From IMG/VR virus record IMGVR_UViG_3300027704_000008, positions 64,001 through 128,000 of that record: 64,000 nt of DNA. One strand, written 5' to 3'. The translations under genes were made by a program, and so were the position numbers. This DNA comes from a virus. Of this stretch, positions 19,161 through 29,354 are shown in pieces. The stretch's first letter is position 1. Every line of letters begins with the position of its first letter. Under the pieces are notes generated by a model. That model did no database searches. It saw only the letters and a program-made list of their open reading frames with translations, and was not told the origin of the DNA.

Positions 19161-21653
19161 TTGGATTTTTACACTAGCGTTTCTCGTTACGGCAACAACT
19201 TACTATACAGAGGATATAAAGGAGGTCGGAAGGTATCCAAGCGGATAGCGTTCGAGCCTACTCTGTGGGTCAAGAATACAGAAGGTCGATTTAAAAATAG
19301 TGGTTGGACAACACTGGACAACGAGCCAGTGTCTCCCATGAAGTTTGACTCAATGCGAGAAGCTGGAGACTTCACTAAGACTTACAAGGATGTTGGAGGC
19401 TTCAAGATATATGGTACAACCAACTTCGTTGACCAATACATAGCTAATCGTTTCCCAATAGACCTGAAGTTCGATAGGAATCTGATCAACGTGTCCACCA
19501 TCGATATTGAGGTTTACTCTGACGAAGGTTTCCCACACCCCGAGCAGGCAGCTCATCCTGTAACGGCGATCTGTTTACATAACAATGTAGACAATCGATA
19601 CTATGTGTGGGCTTTTGGAGAATATACAGTACACGATGATGATGTTAAGTTTTTCAAGCACGATACGGAGCTTGAAATGCTATTAGACTTCTTACGCTTC
19701 TGGAATGTGCCCGAGCATACGCCAGACGTCATAACAGGGTGGAACAGTAAAATATTTGATATGCCATACCTGATCAATAGAATGGTTAACCTGATGGGTG
19801 GCGACACTTTCAAGAGATTCTCTCCGTGGTTATCGGTTCAGCCTCGCTCGATTAAAATGATGATGAAAGAAGTGCAAGTGTATGAGATAGGCGGTATTGA
19901 GCAATTAGACTATCTTGATCTATTTAAGAAATTTGGTCTATCGTATGGCCAACAAGAGTCCTATCGACTAGATCATATAGCTCATGTGGTGCTCGGAGAG
20001 AATAAACTGTCATATGAAGAACAGGGAACTCTTCAAAATCTGTATAAAAATGATCACCAAAAATACATTGACTATAATATCCAGGACGTTAGGTTGGTCC
20101 AGCGCTTAGAAGAGAAGATGGGACTGATTACATTAGCCATGACCATGGCTTACCGCGGTGGTGTAAACTACTCACAAACATTTGGCACAACAGCTATATG
20201 GGATGCCATCATTCATAGACAACTACAAGAACGCAACATAGTTGTACCTCCTAGGAAGGAATCCATCAAGGTAAAATATCCTGGAGCATATGTAAAGGAT
20301 CCACAGATTGGTATGCATAATTGGGTAGCATCGTTTGACCTAGCTTCCTTGTATCCCAACCTCATTATTCAATACAATATGAGTCCCGAAACACTACACG
20401 ACGTGTTACCTGGAGTGAATGTTGATACGTTCTTGAATAATAGAGTAATTCCACCTGAGCTGTATAGAGAGGATTTGACTTTATCGGCTTCTGGGTTACG
20501 GTTTACCAACTCTAAGCAGGGAGTTATTCCAGCAATCGTCGAACAGTATTTTAATGAGCGAAAAGAAATTAAAGGAAGGATGATCAAGTGTAAGCAGGAT
20601 TATGAAGAAGCGCCTTCTAAACGACTTGAGAACGAAATCAACTCTCTTGAGAACCAACAGATGTCTTTGAAGATTCTGATGAACAGTTTATACGGTGCTA
20701 TGGGTAATGCTTATTTTAGATACTTTGATAGTAGAGTAGCGGAAGCTATTACTACATCTGGACAGCTATCTATTCGTTACGCTGAGAAAGCTATCAATAA
20801 AGAAATGAATAAGATCCTTCAGAGCGACAAAGACTATGTCATAGCTATCGACACCGATTCATTATACATTGACTTCAGTGGTTTGGTTAAACACATAAAG
20901 CCTCCAGATCCCGTTAAGTTTCTTGATAAGATCTGCCGCGAGCACTTTGAGGGAATACTCAAGAGCAATTATACTCACCTAGCGAAAGTTACTAGCTCTA
21001 GGACTAATCGTATGGAAATGGAACGAGAGGTTATAGCAGATAAGGCTATATGGGTCGCTAAAAAGCGATACATTCTTAATGTTCATAATAATGAGGGTGT
21101 CCAGTATGACGAGCCTAAGCTAAAGATTATGGGCATTGAGGCTATTAAGTCATCCACTCCGCAAGTGTGCCGCAGCAAGTTTAAGGAAGTGTTCAAGGTT
21201 ATAATGAGCGGAAGCGAAAAGGAAACGCAGACATTTATTGCAGGTTTTAAGGCTGAACATAAACACCTGTCGGCCGAAGAAGTTTCGTTCCCTCGAGGTG
21301 TATCAGATGTGTCTAAGTGGTCGAATCAAGTTACCATATACAGTAAGGGTTGCCCAATCCATGTCAGAGGCGCATTGATATATAATCATGCTATCAAAGA
21401 GGCAAAGCTAGATAATCAATATGAGATTATTCATAATGGAGAGAAGATCAAGTTTGTTTATTTGAAGACGCCAAATCCAACTAAAGAGAATGTAATATCT
21501 TATCCGTTGAATCTCCCGAAAGAGCTTGACCTATGCAAATTTATAGACTATAATAAGATGTTTGCTAAGACCTTTGGTGATCCATTGGACAACATACTTA
21601 ATGCTATCGGTTGGACATCTGAGCCGGTATCGAATCTGGACGCTTTCATGTAA
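19161..21653 (+). CDS. gp43: Family B DNA polymerase
   Basis: DIEV exo I, GWNS..FD, YNIQDV, SFDLASLYP, KILMNSLYG, IDTDS, KKRY. Confidence 0.97.
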   Translation: MDFYTSVSRYGNNLLYRGYKGGRKVSKRIAFEPTLWVKNTEGRFKNSGWTTLDNEPVSPMKFDSMREAGDFTKTYKDVGGFKIYGTTNFVDQYIANRFPIDLKFDRNLINVSTIDIEVYSDEGFPHPEQAAHPVTAICLHNNVDNRYYVWAFGEYTVHDDDVKFFKHDTELEMLLDFLRFWNVPEHTPDVITGWNSKIFDMPYLINRMVNLMGGDTFKRFSPWLSVQPRSIKMMMKEVQVYEIGGIEQLDYLDLFKKFGLSYGQQESYRLDHIAHVVLGENKLSYEEQGTLQNLYKNDHQKYIDYNIQDVRLVQRLEEKMGLITLAMTMAYRGGVNYSQTFGTTAIWDAIIHRQLQERNIVVPPRKESIKVKYPGAYVKDPQIGMHNWVASFDLASLYPNLIIQYNMSPETLHDVLPGVNVDTFLNNRVIPPELYREDLTLSASGLRFTNSKQGVIPAIVEQYFNERKEIKGRMIKCKQDYEEAPSKRLENEINSLENQQMSLKILMNSLYGAMGNAYFRYFDSRVAEAITTSGQLSIRYAEKAINKEMNKILQSDKDYVIAIDTDSLYIDFSGLVKHIKPPDPVKFLDKICREHFEGILKSNYTHLAKVTSSRTNRMEMEREVIADKAIWVAKKRYILNVHNNEGVQYDEPKLKIMGIEAIKSSTPQVCRSKFKEVFKVIMSGSEKETQTFIAGFKAEHKHLSAEEVSFPRGVSDVSKWSNQVTIYSKGCPIHVRGALIYNHAIKEAKLDNQYEIIHNGEKIKFVYLKTPNPTKENVISYPLNLPKELDLCKFIDYNKMFAKTFGDPLDNILNAIGWTSEPVSNLDAFM

Positions 21654-22606
21654 TGTATACACTGACTATATTTAAAAACCAATACGACAATCAAACTCAT
21701 AGACAAATGGAACTTGAGTCATGGTCTCAGTTCGAGAAGATGTTATGTGGTCTGTCTCAAGAGCCTGGTCAGAAGGGTGGCAAGAACTCTTCACCTCTAA
21801 TCAGCCCAGCTGCATATAATAGAGGTGATACTAGAGGCAATCGTTTTGTTACTAAATGGGGCGGGTGGGCAGCGATCGACGTTGACGAGTTCGTGTTTCA
21901 TAATCCTTCCGGAGGGATTGCTATTGGAGATGATTTACAGAATGCTATTATCGATAAGGTGGGTGACCATTACTTCGTATGTTACAGCACAGCAAGTAGC
22001 ACAATAGAGCATCCAAAGTTCCGCCTTGTGTTTCCTCTCCAGTGCGATGTAGATAAAGACGACATCCAACACTTATGGTTTGCTATGAATAGTGAGATAG
22101 AGGGGTTAGCTGACAAGCAGACTAAAGATTTGGCGAGGATGTTTTATGTGCCCGCGCAATACCCTGATGCTTATAACTTTTTCTTTAACCACATAGCCCC
22201 CGTTATTGATCCCGATGAGTTGATGCAGAAGTGGCCACACTCTGTTCAAACGGGAAACACTTTCATGGACCGACTGCCCGAATCTGTCCGCGGTCAAATG
22301 ATTGAGTACCGCAAGGCTCAGATGCAGAATACAAACATATCGTGGACAACTTATAGTGACTGTCCGTTCTGGCCTCGCGCCTTAGCTAATCAATATAAGA
22401 CCATCAGTGGGACTGGATGGTATCATGCTATGTACAAGATCATGGTGGCCATATCGTTCAATGCAATAGAACGCAATTACCCTATAACCGCTCGTGAGGT
22501 GGCCGAGATGTGTAAACAATTCGATCAAGACACAGGTAGGTGGTATCAAGATCGTCCCCTCGACTTAGAGGCAGACAGAGCAATAGAGTACGCTTACAAA
22601 AACTAA
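21653..22606 (+). CDS. Putative AEP-superfamily primase/polymerase with PriCT-like C-terminus
   Basis: AAIDVD (DxD), YSTAS....PKFRLVFP, D..TKDLARMFYVP motif spacing; helical C-terminal domain. Confidence 0.55.
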   Translation: MYTLTIFKNQYDNQTHRQMELESWSQFEKMLCGLSQEPGQKGGKNSSPLISPAAYNRGDTRGNRFVTKWGGWAAIDVDEFVFHNPSGGIAIGDDLQNAIIDKVGDHYFVCYSTASSTIEHPKFRLVFPLQCDVDKDDIQHLWFAMNSEIEGLADKQTKDLARMFYVPAQYPDAYNFFFNHIAPVIDPDELMQKWPHSVQTGNTFMDRLPESVRGQMIEYRKAQMQNTNISWTTYSDCPFWPRALANQYKTISGTGWYHAMYKIMVAISFNAIERNYPITAREVAEMCKQFDQDTGRWYQDRPLDLEADRAIEYAYKN

Positions 22607-22627
22607 TCCTAAACATAATGGAGTATA

Positions 22628-23113
22628 TTGATGGGTGCAAAGGCTAGTATTATGACACTACAAAAAAGAGATAGTTGGGATCTAAGGTATATGGATCTGG
22701 CTACACATATAGCCGGCTGGTCTAAGGACCCTCGCAAGAAGGTCGGCGCTGTTGTCATTGGAGAATATGGACAAATACTGGCGCAAGGATATAATGGCTT
22801 CCCTCGAGGAATGTTTGATGACCCCAACCTTATGACCCCAGAAACTAAGCTGCTATATACTGTCCATGCCGAAGCCAACTGCATTTTTAATGCCTCCCTG
22901 TCAGGAGTATCTCTGGCGGGGGCTACGATGTATGTTAGTGGATTCCCTCCGTGTTCGTCATGCGCTGGTGGCATTATTCAATCAGGTATAAAGGTGGTAT
23001 ATTGTAATAGTAAAGATAAAAAGGAAATGGAACAGAACGGGGATTGGGCCGAAAGTCTAAAGGCTACGGAACGGATGTTCCTTAGCACAGGGGTACGATT
23101 GAGAACCATATGA
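22628..23113 (+). CDS. cd: dCMP deaminase
   Basis: SKDP..KVGAV, GYNGFPRG, HAEAN, PPCSSC. Confidence 0.93.
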   Translation: MMGAKASIMTLQKRDSWDLRYMDLATHIAGWSKDPRKKVGAVVIGEYGQILAQGYNGFPRGMFDDPNLMTPETKLLYTVHAEANCIFNASLSGVSLAGATMYVSGFPPCSSCAGGIIQSGIKVVYCNSKDKKEMEQNGDWAESLKATERMFLSTGVRLRTI

Positions 23114-23115
23114 GG

Positions 23116-23144
23116 TTGACTATACTTGTTTTATACTGTATAAT
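23116..23144 (+). promoter_or_regulatory. sigma70-type promoter
   Basis: TTGACT-N17-TATAAT upstream of uvsX. Confidence 0.8.
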
Positions 23145-23180
23145 AGCAGGTCAAATGATGGACAAACACTGAGACAAAAT

Positions 23181-24233
23181 ATGAGCATAATGGATAAACT
23201 AAAACAGAACTCGCGGAGTAAGCATACCGCTATTCTAAATGAATCGCAACTGTTATCGGGGGACACTACGACGACATCTGTCCCCATGATTAATGTTGCG
23301 CTTTCAGGACGGCTAGATGGAGGATTGATTGGAGGTTTAGGAGTTTTAGCTGGACCATCGAAACACTTCAAGACGTCATTCGCGTTATTAATGGTGGGGG
23401 AATATCTCAGATCTAATAAAGATGCTGTGGTCTTATTCTACGACAGCGAGTTTGGTTCACCTCAAGCATACTTCGAAACTTTTGGCGTCGATACTTCTCG
23501 TGTATTGCATACACCGGTAACCAACATTGAAGAGCTCAAGTTTGATATATCCAATCAGCTAGAGAATATGGATCGTAAGGATAAAGTTATTATTCTGATC
23601 GACTCTATAGGTAATCTGGCATCAAAGAAAGAAGTCGAGGATGCTAAGGACGAGAAGAGCGTTGCTGATATGAGCCGCGCTAAGTCTCTCAAGAGCTTAT
23701 TTCGTATGGTAACTCCCCACCTATCAATGAAAGATATACCGCTACTCGCTATCAACCACACCTATAAGGAAATAGGACTATACCCTAAAGATATAGTTGG
23801 CGGTGGAACGGGAATATATTATAGCGCTGACTGGATTTGGATTATTGGCCGCCGCCAAAATAAGAAAGGTACGGAGGTTACTGGTTATGATTTTATCATT
23901 AAAGAAGAAAAATCTAGATTCGTTAAAGAGCAGTCTAAAATCCCTATTACAGTTTCTTGGGACGGTGGTGTTGAGCGCTTTTCTGGCCTGCTTGATGTTG
24001 CTCTTGCTGGCGGGTTTGTTGTTAAGCCGAGTAATGGTTGGTATCAACGAGTTGATCTGGAAACAGGGGAGCTAATTGATCCCAAACAACGTGAAGCTGA
24101 TACGTTGAAAGCTCCCTTTTGGATAGATCTATTAGCATCCAAGAAGTTCCAGGATTTTGTCACGAGTATGTATTGCATAGGTGAGATGGGAGAAGTTAGC
24201 CCCGAATCATTTCTTGAAGGAGAATTAGAATGA
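23181..24233 (+). CDS. uvsX: RecA-like recombinase
   Basis: AGPSKHFKT, YDSEFG, DSIGNLAS, ADMSRAK, GGGTG. Confidence 0.96.
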   Translation: MSIMDKLKQNSRSKHTAILNESQLLSGDTTTTSVPMINVALSGRLDGGLIGGLGVLAGPSKHFKTSFALLMVGEYLRSNKDAVVLFYDSEFGSPQAYFETFGVDTSRVLHTPVTNIEELKFDISNQLENMDRKDKVIILIDSIGNLASKKEVEDAKDEKSVADMSRAKSLKSLFRMVTPHLSMKDIPLLAINHTYKEIGLYPKDIVGGGTGIYYSADWIWIIGRRQNKKGTEVTGYDFIIKEEKSRFVKEQSKIPITVSWDGGVERFSGLLDVALAGGFVVKPSNGWYQRVDLETGELIDPKQREADTLKAPFWIDLLASKKFQDFVTSMYCIGEMGEVSPESFLEGELE

Positions 24234-24547
24234 CCATGGTAGAAAATACAGATTACGCATTAGTGCCAACCGATGAGACTCAAGAGGAGTCTCATTGGAA
24301 TGTGAGATTTATTACAGGACAGTTCTCAGAAACAGTAATAACTTATGGTGCAGTATCTATAAGCGAGGACACGGAATCATTAAATTTTAACTTCTCCATA
24401 ATTTATTCACCAACATCTGACCTATCCGTTGATGATGTAGACCTACAGTTGGCGGCCGGAGATATGTTGTCATCAATTTTAACGGATGCTGTTAGTGCCA
24501 AAGCTCCTGTTTTGAAAGGATCGCGGAAGTCGGAACAAACAAATTGA
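24230..24547 (+). CDS. gp40-like protein (head vertex assembly chaperone position)
   Basis: Synteny between uvsX and gp41; W..RF..G.F..T.I.YG pattern. Confidence 0.5.
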   Translation: MTMVENTDYALVPTDETQEESHWNVRFITGQFSETVITYGAVSISEDTESLNFNFSIIYSPTSDLSVDDVDLQLAAGDMLSSILTDAVSAKAPVLKGSRKSEQTN

Positions 24548-25929
24548 ATACGGATGATCAAATGCAGGTAGTAATCCTCCGCAGCATTATTAATAATGAT
24601 GACTATATGCGCAAGGTTATACCGTTTGTGGATCCTTCTTACTTTGAAGGAGTGTATCGACCATTATATCTAACTCTGGTTAAATATGTTGCGAAGTACA
24701 ACAAGATTCCAACTCAAGAAACTTTTGGTATATACCTTCCTGAAGCCGGAACCTTTGTTGGCGACATATCGGAAGGTGTATCCGTGATGCCTTCATTGTT
24801 CGAAAACACAATAGTTGACGATGATTGGTTACTGGATGCTACAGAGAAGTGGTGTCAGGACAGGGCACTATTCAACGCTATCATGCAATCAATCCAGATC
24901 ATAGATGGCAAAGATTCTGAGCTAACTAAAAATGCCCTACCAGATATTTTACAGAAAGCTCTATCCGTAACATTCGATACCAACGTTGGTCACGATTATT
25001 TAGAAAACGCTGAACAACGGTATGAGTTTTATCACGAGCAGCAAGAGCGGATACCTTTCGACCTTGACATGTTCAACAAAATAACTAAAGGTGGATTGAT
25101 TCGTAAGACACTCAACATTATCCTTGCTGGAACGGGTGTCGGTAAATCTCTAGCTATGTGCCATATGGCAGCTGGCCATCTAGCGTCAGGTAATAATGTA
25201 TTATACATCACGGCGGAGATGGCCGAGGAGCGGATAGCCGAGAGGATTGATGCTAATATGCTAAATGTTCCAATAGATGAACTGGAGGCGTTATCTAAGA
25301 AAATGTTTAAGGACCGGGTGGGTGATGTTGCCACCCGAACTAACGGCAAGTTGATTATCAAGGAATATCCTACTGGGCAGGCGAACTCTGGACACTTTAG
25401 AGCATTGATACAAGAGCTAAAACTCAAGAAGAATTTTACCCCAGATGTCATCTATATTGACTACCTAAATATATGTTCGAGTAGTCGCATGAAAGCTATG
25501 GGCGGATCTATTAACTCATACACTTATATCAAAGCTATCGCTGAGGAGCTTAGAGGATTAGCTGTAGAGTTTAACGTTCCTATTGTGTCGGCCACTCAGA
25601 CAACTCGTTCGGGATTCACTAACAGTGACCCAGGTTTAGATGATACGTCAGAGTCATTCGGACTCCCCGCTACAGCTGATCTGATGTTTGCCTTGGTCGT
25701 TAATGATGAGCTCGAACAGATGGGACGTATTATGGTTAAGCAGCTAAAGAACAGATATGCTGATCCAAATAAATACAAAAGATTCACTGTTGGCGTTGAC
25801 CGATCGCGCATGAAGCTGTATGATGTAGATCAAGATCAAGAAGAATTGGTCGATGACAGCATTCCGGTATTTGACCGCACTGATGCGTCCCGAGGGCAAG
25901 AAACAGCACACTTGAGATTCGAGGAGTAA
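24544..25929 (+). CDS. gp41: Replicative DnaB-like helicase
   Basis: AGTGVGKS, EMAEERIAERID, IDYLNIC, SATQTTR, SESFGLPATAD, KQLKNRY. Confidence 0.97.
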   Translation: MNTDDQMQVVILRSIINNDDYMRKVIPFVDPSYFEGVYRPLYLTLVKYVAKYNKIPTQETFGIYLPEAGTFVGDISEGVSVMPSLFENTIVDDDWLLDATEKWCQDRALFNAIMQSIQIIDGKDSELTKNALPDILQKALSVTFDTNVGHDYLENAEQRYEFYHEQQERIPFDLDMFNKITKGGLIRKTLNIILAGTGVGKSLAMCHMAAGHLASGNNVLYITAEMAEERIAERIDANMLNVPIDELEALSKKMFKDRVGDVATRTNGKLIIKEYPTGQANSGHFRALIQELKLKKNFTPDVIYIDYLNICSSSRMKAMGGSINSYTYIKAIAEELRGLAVEFNVPIVSATQTTRSGFTNSDPGLDDTSESFGLPATADLMFALVVNDELEQMGRIMVKQLKNRYADPNKYKRFTVGVDRSRMKLYDVDQDQEELVDDSIPVFDRTDASRGQETAHLRFEE

Positions 25930-25930
25930 T

Positions 25931-26125
25931 ATGGATCCAATACTTCATACATTTGCAACTCTGGCTATCATGTATGTAACATGGAAAGCCGGGTACTGGT
26001 ACGGTTCATACGTAGAACGAATATATGCATTACAGAGTTTCTTCGATATGTTTAACCGATCTCTGCTGGACCAGGTGGGAGAAGAGAAACGAAAACGAAA
26101 AGATGAGGAGGTAGATGATGTCTAG
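25931..26125 (+). CDS. Small membrane protein, hypothetical
   Basis: GAGGAG RBS, N-terminal hydrophobic segment. Confidence 0.55.
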   Translation: MDPILHTFATLAIMYVTWKAGYWYGSYVERIYALQSFFDMFNRSLLDQVGEEKRKRKDEEVDDV

Positions 26126-26315
26126 TGTGAATATTGGCACATACTATAGAAACACCGGAAGCTTATGCGAACTAACTTACATAGGTTCAGGAGTATATAA
26201 TTTTACATTCATTGATAAAGATGATATGGTATACGAGCAATGGAACCTACACGACTTCACCCAACAACGGTGTGAAGATTGGTGTGATGATTGGGCTTTA
26301 GAGGAAGAGATATAA
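26115..26315 (+). CDS. Hypothetical protein
   Basis: GGAGG RBS, tight packing with neighbours. Confidence 0.55.
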   Translation: MMSSVNIGTYYRNTGSLCELTYIGSGVYNFTFIDKDDMVYEQWNLHDFTQQRCEDWCDDWALEEEI

Positions 26316-26791
26316 TGAGTAAGAAGAAATATACATCAACCAAAACATACACGAACATCGCTCCTTGTGCATATCGCCAATGGCGAGCTGAGTCCCACTG
26401 TAACGATATACATGGATATGCTTTTTCGTTCCACTTCGAGTTCGAGTCCGATAGTTTGGATGTGCGCAATTGGGTTATGGATTATGGTGGTTTGCGACCC
26501 CTCAAAGAGCAACTAGAAGATTGGTTCGATCACACTCTTCTGCTGGCAGTCGATGACCCACAATATGATGAAATTAAACGCCTTGGAGATATTGGATTAG
26601 CTAAGATTACAGAAGTCGAGGCCACGGGATGCGAAGCTTTGGCGGCGTTCCTGTATGAGTGGGTGAACACAATATTTATTCCAAACTATGGTGAAGCTGA
26701 TCGCGTGTGGTGCTCGAGGGTAGAAGTTAGAGAGACTCCCAGTAACATGGCTTACGTATCTGGTCATAAAGAAGATGGGGAGTTCGAGTGA
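26315..26791 (+). CDS. queD: 6-carboxy-5,6,7,8-tetrahydropterin synthase
   Basis: C..IHGY, WVMDYGGL, FDHTLL, T.E.LA, VEVRET motifs. Confidence 0.9.
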   Translation: MSKKKYTSTKTYTNIAPCAYRQWRAESHCNDIHGYAFSFHFEFESDSLDVRNWVMDYGGLRPLKEQLEDWFDHTLLLAVDDPQYDEIKRLGDIGLAKITEVEATGCEALAAFLYEWVNTIFIPNYGEADRVWCSRVEVRETPSNMAYVSGHKEDGEFE

Positions 26792-26982
26792 TAGTAGCTA
26801 TTTTTATATGCTTGCTATTACTGCCTGCAGGGTGGGTAGCAATAATCGATATACTTCGAAGAGTTGAAATGACAACGCAAGTGGGTCCTAAAATGATGGC
26901 TCTATATTGTACAACGTTTGGGACCGCGTGGGCGTTATTAATATTGATCGCTATAGAAGTTTTATTAGAAATTAACATATGA
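26788..26982 (+). CDS. Small two-TM membrane protein
   Basis: Two hydrophobic stretches, GTGA overlap. Confidence 0.5.
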   Translation: MIVAIFICLLLLPAGWVAIIDILRRVEMTTQVGPKMMALYCTTFGTAWALLILIAIEVLLEINI

Positions 26983-26984
26983 TG

Positions 26985-27013
26985 TTGACTATATTGGTAT
27001 ATGCCTGTATAAT
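26985..27013 (+). promoter_or_regulatory. sigma70-type promoter
   Basis: TTGACT-N17-TATAAT upstream of the queE operon. Confidence 0.8.
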
Positions 27014-27049
27014 AGCACCATATCAAACAATTCAAGCCAGGAGTTCATT

Positions 27050-27199
27050 ATGTTTACAATAAGTGAGGAAGTATTAAATCAGGTGCTGAGTATATTAGTT
27101 CAGCTTCCTTATAACCAATCACACGACGCTATCGAAGCACTACAACGAGATGTCAAGAGGATAGAAACCGAAACCCCGCAAAAGGTTGACCCTCAGTAA
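27050..27199 (+). CDS. Small hypothetical protein (49 aa, MFTISEEVLNQVLSILVQLPY..)
   Basis: AGGAG RBS; translated by eye. Confidence 0.55.
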   Translation: MFTISEEVLNQVLSILVQLPYNQSHDAIEALQRDVKRIETETPQKVDPQ

Positions 27200-27213
27200 T
27201 TTGGATAATTGCA

Positions 27214-28116
27214 ATGATGAAAACTTTTAAGTATAGCGAAACATTCTTTTCAGCTCAAGGGGAGGGTCAGTTTACTGGCCGGCCATCTCTGTGGATTAGG
27301 TTCTATCTATGCAACTTACAGTGTGATGGGTTTGGTCAGGACGATCCGACTAACCCCGACAGCTGGGAATTGCCTTATAACGACCTCGACCTCAAGGATA
27401 TTACGACTGTCGAGGAGTTGCCTGTATTTTCTAAAGGCTGCGATAGCTCATATACCTGGTCAAAGAAGTACCGGCATCTAATGAAAGATAAGACGGCATC
27501 AGACATTGTGGATGAGCTAGAAGCTCTTCTTCCCCATGGACTGTTTGTCAATCCCGATACCAAGCAAGATGTTCATATGGTATTCACGGGTGGCGAGCCA
27601 ATGATGAAACATAATCAGGAAGCTATGTGCGCCATTATCAAGGAGTTTGCCAAGCGCAAGAATCTACCCAGCAACGTGACGGTTGAGACCAATGGAACGC
27701 AGAACATTGAAGTGTCGGGTAAACTAGCTGTATCGTGTGTTCAAAGAAATCTTAAGAATGGTAGTTGGGGAAAATGGTTCTGGAGTGTGTCACCTAAGTT
27801 GTGGAGCACTGCCGGAGAAAAGGTGGCGCGCGCTATTAAGCCTGGAGTAGTAGCAGGGTATGCGGCCGAGTCAAAATTAGGTCAACTAAAGTATGTTGTG
27901 AACGGATCGTCTGCTAGTTGGGACGAGGTGAAGGAACACACAGCTTTGTACAGGTTAAATGGAGTTGGATGGGATGTGTGGATAATGGGCGTTGGTGGTA
28001 CGGTTGAAGGTCTCAAATTAACCGAAGCTGATATAGCGGACGAGTCCATTCAACTAGGATATAGTTATACAACACGAGCTCACTGTCACATATATGGGAA
28101 TGCTATAGGAAAATGA
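27214..28116 (+). CDS. queE: 7-carboxy-7-deazaguanine synthase (radical SAM)
   Basis: F.SAQGEG..TG, CNLQC..(insert)..GCDS, TGGEP, ETNGT, VSPKL, RAH..IYGN. Confidence 0.93.
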   Translation: MMKTFKYSETFFSAQGEGQFTGRPSLWIRFYLCNLQCDGFGQDDPTNPDSWELPYNDLDLKDITTVEELPVFSKGCDSSYTWSKKYRHLMKDKTASDIVDELEALLPHGLFVNPDTKQDVHMVFTGGEPMMKHNQEAMCAIIKEFAKRKNLPSNVTVETNGTQNIEVSGKLAVSCVQRNLKNGSWGKWFWSVSPKLWSTAGEKVARAIKPGVVAGYAAESKLGQLKYVVNGSSASWDEVKEHTALYRLNGVGWDVWIMGVGGTVEGLKLTEADIADESIQLGYSYTTRAHCHIYGNAIGK

Positions 28117-28589
28117 TATTCACTAAAGATAAAATAACTTTGTCCTGGGATTGCGTTGATTCATTATGCTTAACCTTGACTGATAATCTAGTGACGTGTC
28201 CTGATACTGGTCTGCCCAGAGACGATGTTCATATTGTTGGAATCGCCCGCGGTGGATTGATTCCAGCAACTATATTGAGCCATCTAACTGGATTCCGCAT
28301 GACTCCAGTGCACCATAGTAATCGGGATGATGACATCTCTGGCGTGTTTCCTAAGGAGCTGGAAGAGATGTTGCTTCATGGCGATACAACCATTGTATTT
28401 GTTGATGATATATGTGATACTGGTAAGACAAATTTAGAAGTGATTGACCTTGTTACTAAGTTTCGACCCTCATTAGAGAGCGTTGAGTTTGTATGTTTGG
28501 TTGAGAAGTATCTGTCACATTTCACTTGCAATGCTGCAGGATTGACGGTATGTGATAATAGATGGGTTGTGTTCCCATGGGAGGTTTAA
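28113..28589 (+). CDS. Type I purine phosphoribosyltransferase (Gpt-like)
   Basis: GIARGGLIPA, VFVDDICDTGKT PRPP-binding loop, WVVFPWE. Confidence 0.9.
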   Translation: MIFTKDKITLSWDCVDSLCLTLTDNLVTCPDTGLPRDDVHIVGIARGGLIPATILSHLTGFRMTPVHHSNRDDDISGVFPKELEEMLLHGDTTIVFVDDICDTGKTNLEVIDLVTKFRPSLESVEFVCLVEKYLSHFTCNAAGLTVCDNRWVVFPWEV

Positions 28590-29284
28590 TGAAGAAAAAA
28601 AATATGACTAAAGTGAGAGAGATAACCGAACGTCTTGAGGATCGTGGGGTTAGGTATTGGGCTGGCGATAATATCAGCTCTGTGTTAGAAGATGGAGACA
28701 TCGACGATCTTATTAGTGAAACGGCTATAGCTTTCGAGGATGTCCTCAAGAGCCTGCTGATTGATACAAATAACGATCCCAATAGCATGGACACTGCCAA
28801 GCGATTGGCTAAGATGTACTACAACGAGATCATGGTGGGGCGTTATACTCCAGCGCCCCGAGTAGCAGCGTTCCCAAATGTAGACAAGAAGACTGCTTAT
28901 CATGGTATGATTACTGTTCGAGCAGAGCTCAAGTCTGTCTGTTCACATCACCACCAGCCAGTAACAGGTGTAGCGTATATTGGTCTGATTCCAAAGGCAG
29001 AAGTGATTGGCTTGAGCAAGTATGCCCGCATTGCTCAACATTGCGCTCGGCGAGGAACATTACAAGAAGAGCTATGTCGCCAGATTGCTGAAGAGATTAT
29101 GGAGGCAACTGGATCAGAGGACGTTGGCGTTTATATTCAAGCAACTCATGGATGTATGGAAAACAGAGGGGTTTGTGCGCACAGCTCATTAACTCAGACC
29201 ACGGTCCTCCATGGACAGTTTTACTCGGCTGCTATTAAGGAGGAGTTCTACAACAACATAAAGTTACAGACCATGGGATCCTAA
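28589..29284 (+). CDS. folE: GTP cyclohydrolase I
   Basis: T.KRLAKMY, SVCSHHH, IGLSKYAR, LQEEL, A.HGCM..RGV. Confidence 0.96.
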   Translation: MKKKNMTKVREITERLEDRGVRYWAGDNISSVLEDGDIDDLISETAIAFEDVLKSLLIDTNNDPNSMDTAKRLAKMYYNEIMVGRYTPAPRVAAFPNVDKKTAYHGMITVRAELKSVCSHHHQPVTGVAYIGLIPKAEVIGLSKYARIAQHCARRGTLQEELCRQIAEEIMEATGSEDVGVYIQATHGCMENRGVCAHSSLTQTTVLHGQFYSAAIKEEFYNNIKLQTMGS

Positions 29285-29323
29285 TGAATATGTTCACCTT
29301 GATATGGCGTACCCCACTCCTAT

Positions 29324-29347
29324 CCCGCTGATTTTAGCGGGTTTTTT
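29324..29347 (+). terminator. Rho-independent terminator
   Basis: CCCGCT-GATTTT-AGCGGG followed by T6. Confidence 0.8.
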
Positions 29348-29354
29348 ATAGCTG

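Noticed and set aside
19161-25929. Introns, inteins or homing endonucleases in gp43, uvsX or gp41
   Set aside because: Lengths are normal, motifs are contiguous, and no splice-junction or HNH/GIY-YIG/LAGLIDADG motifs were seen
26315-29284. que genes as tRNA-queuosine auxiliary metabolic genes
   Set aside because: No queC/queF/queA/tgt seen; the DpdA- and DpdL-like genes make DNA modification the better explanation
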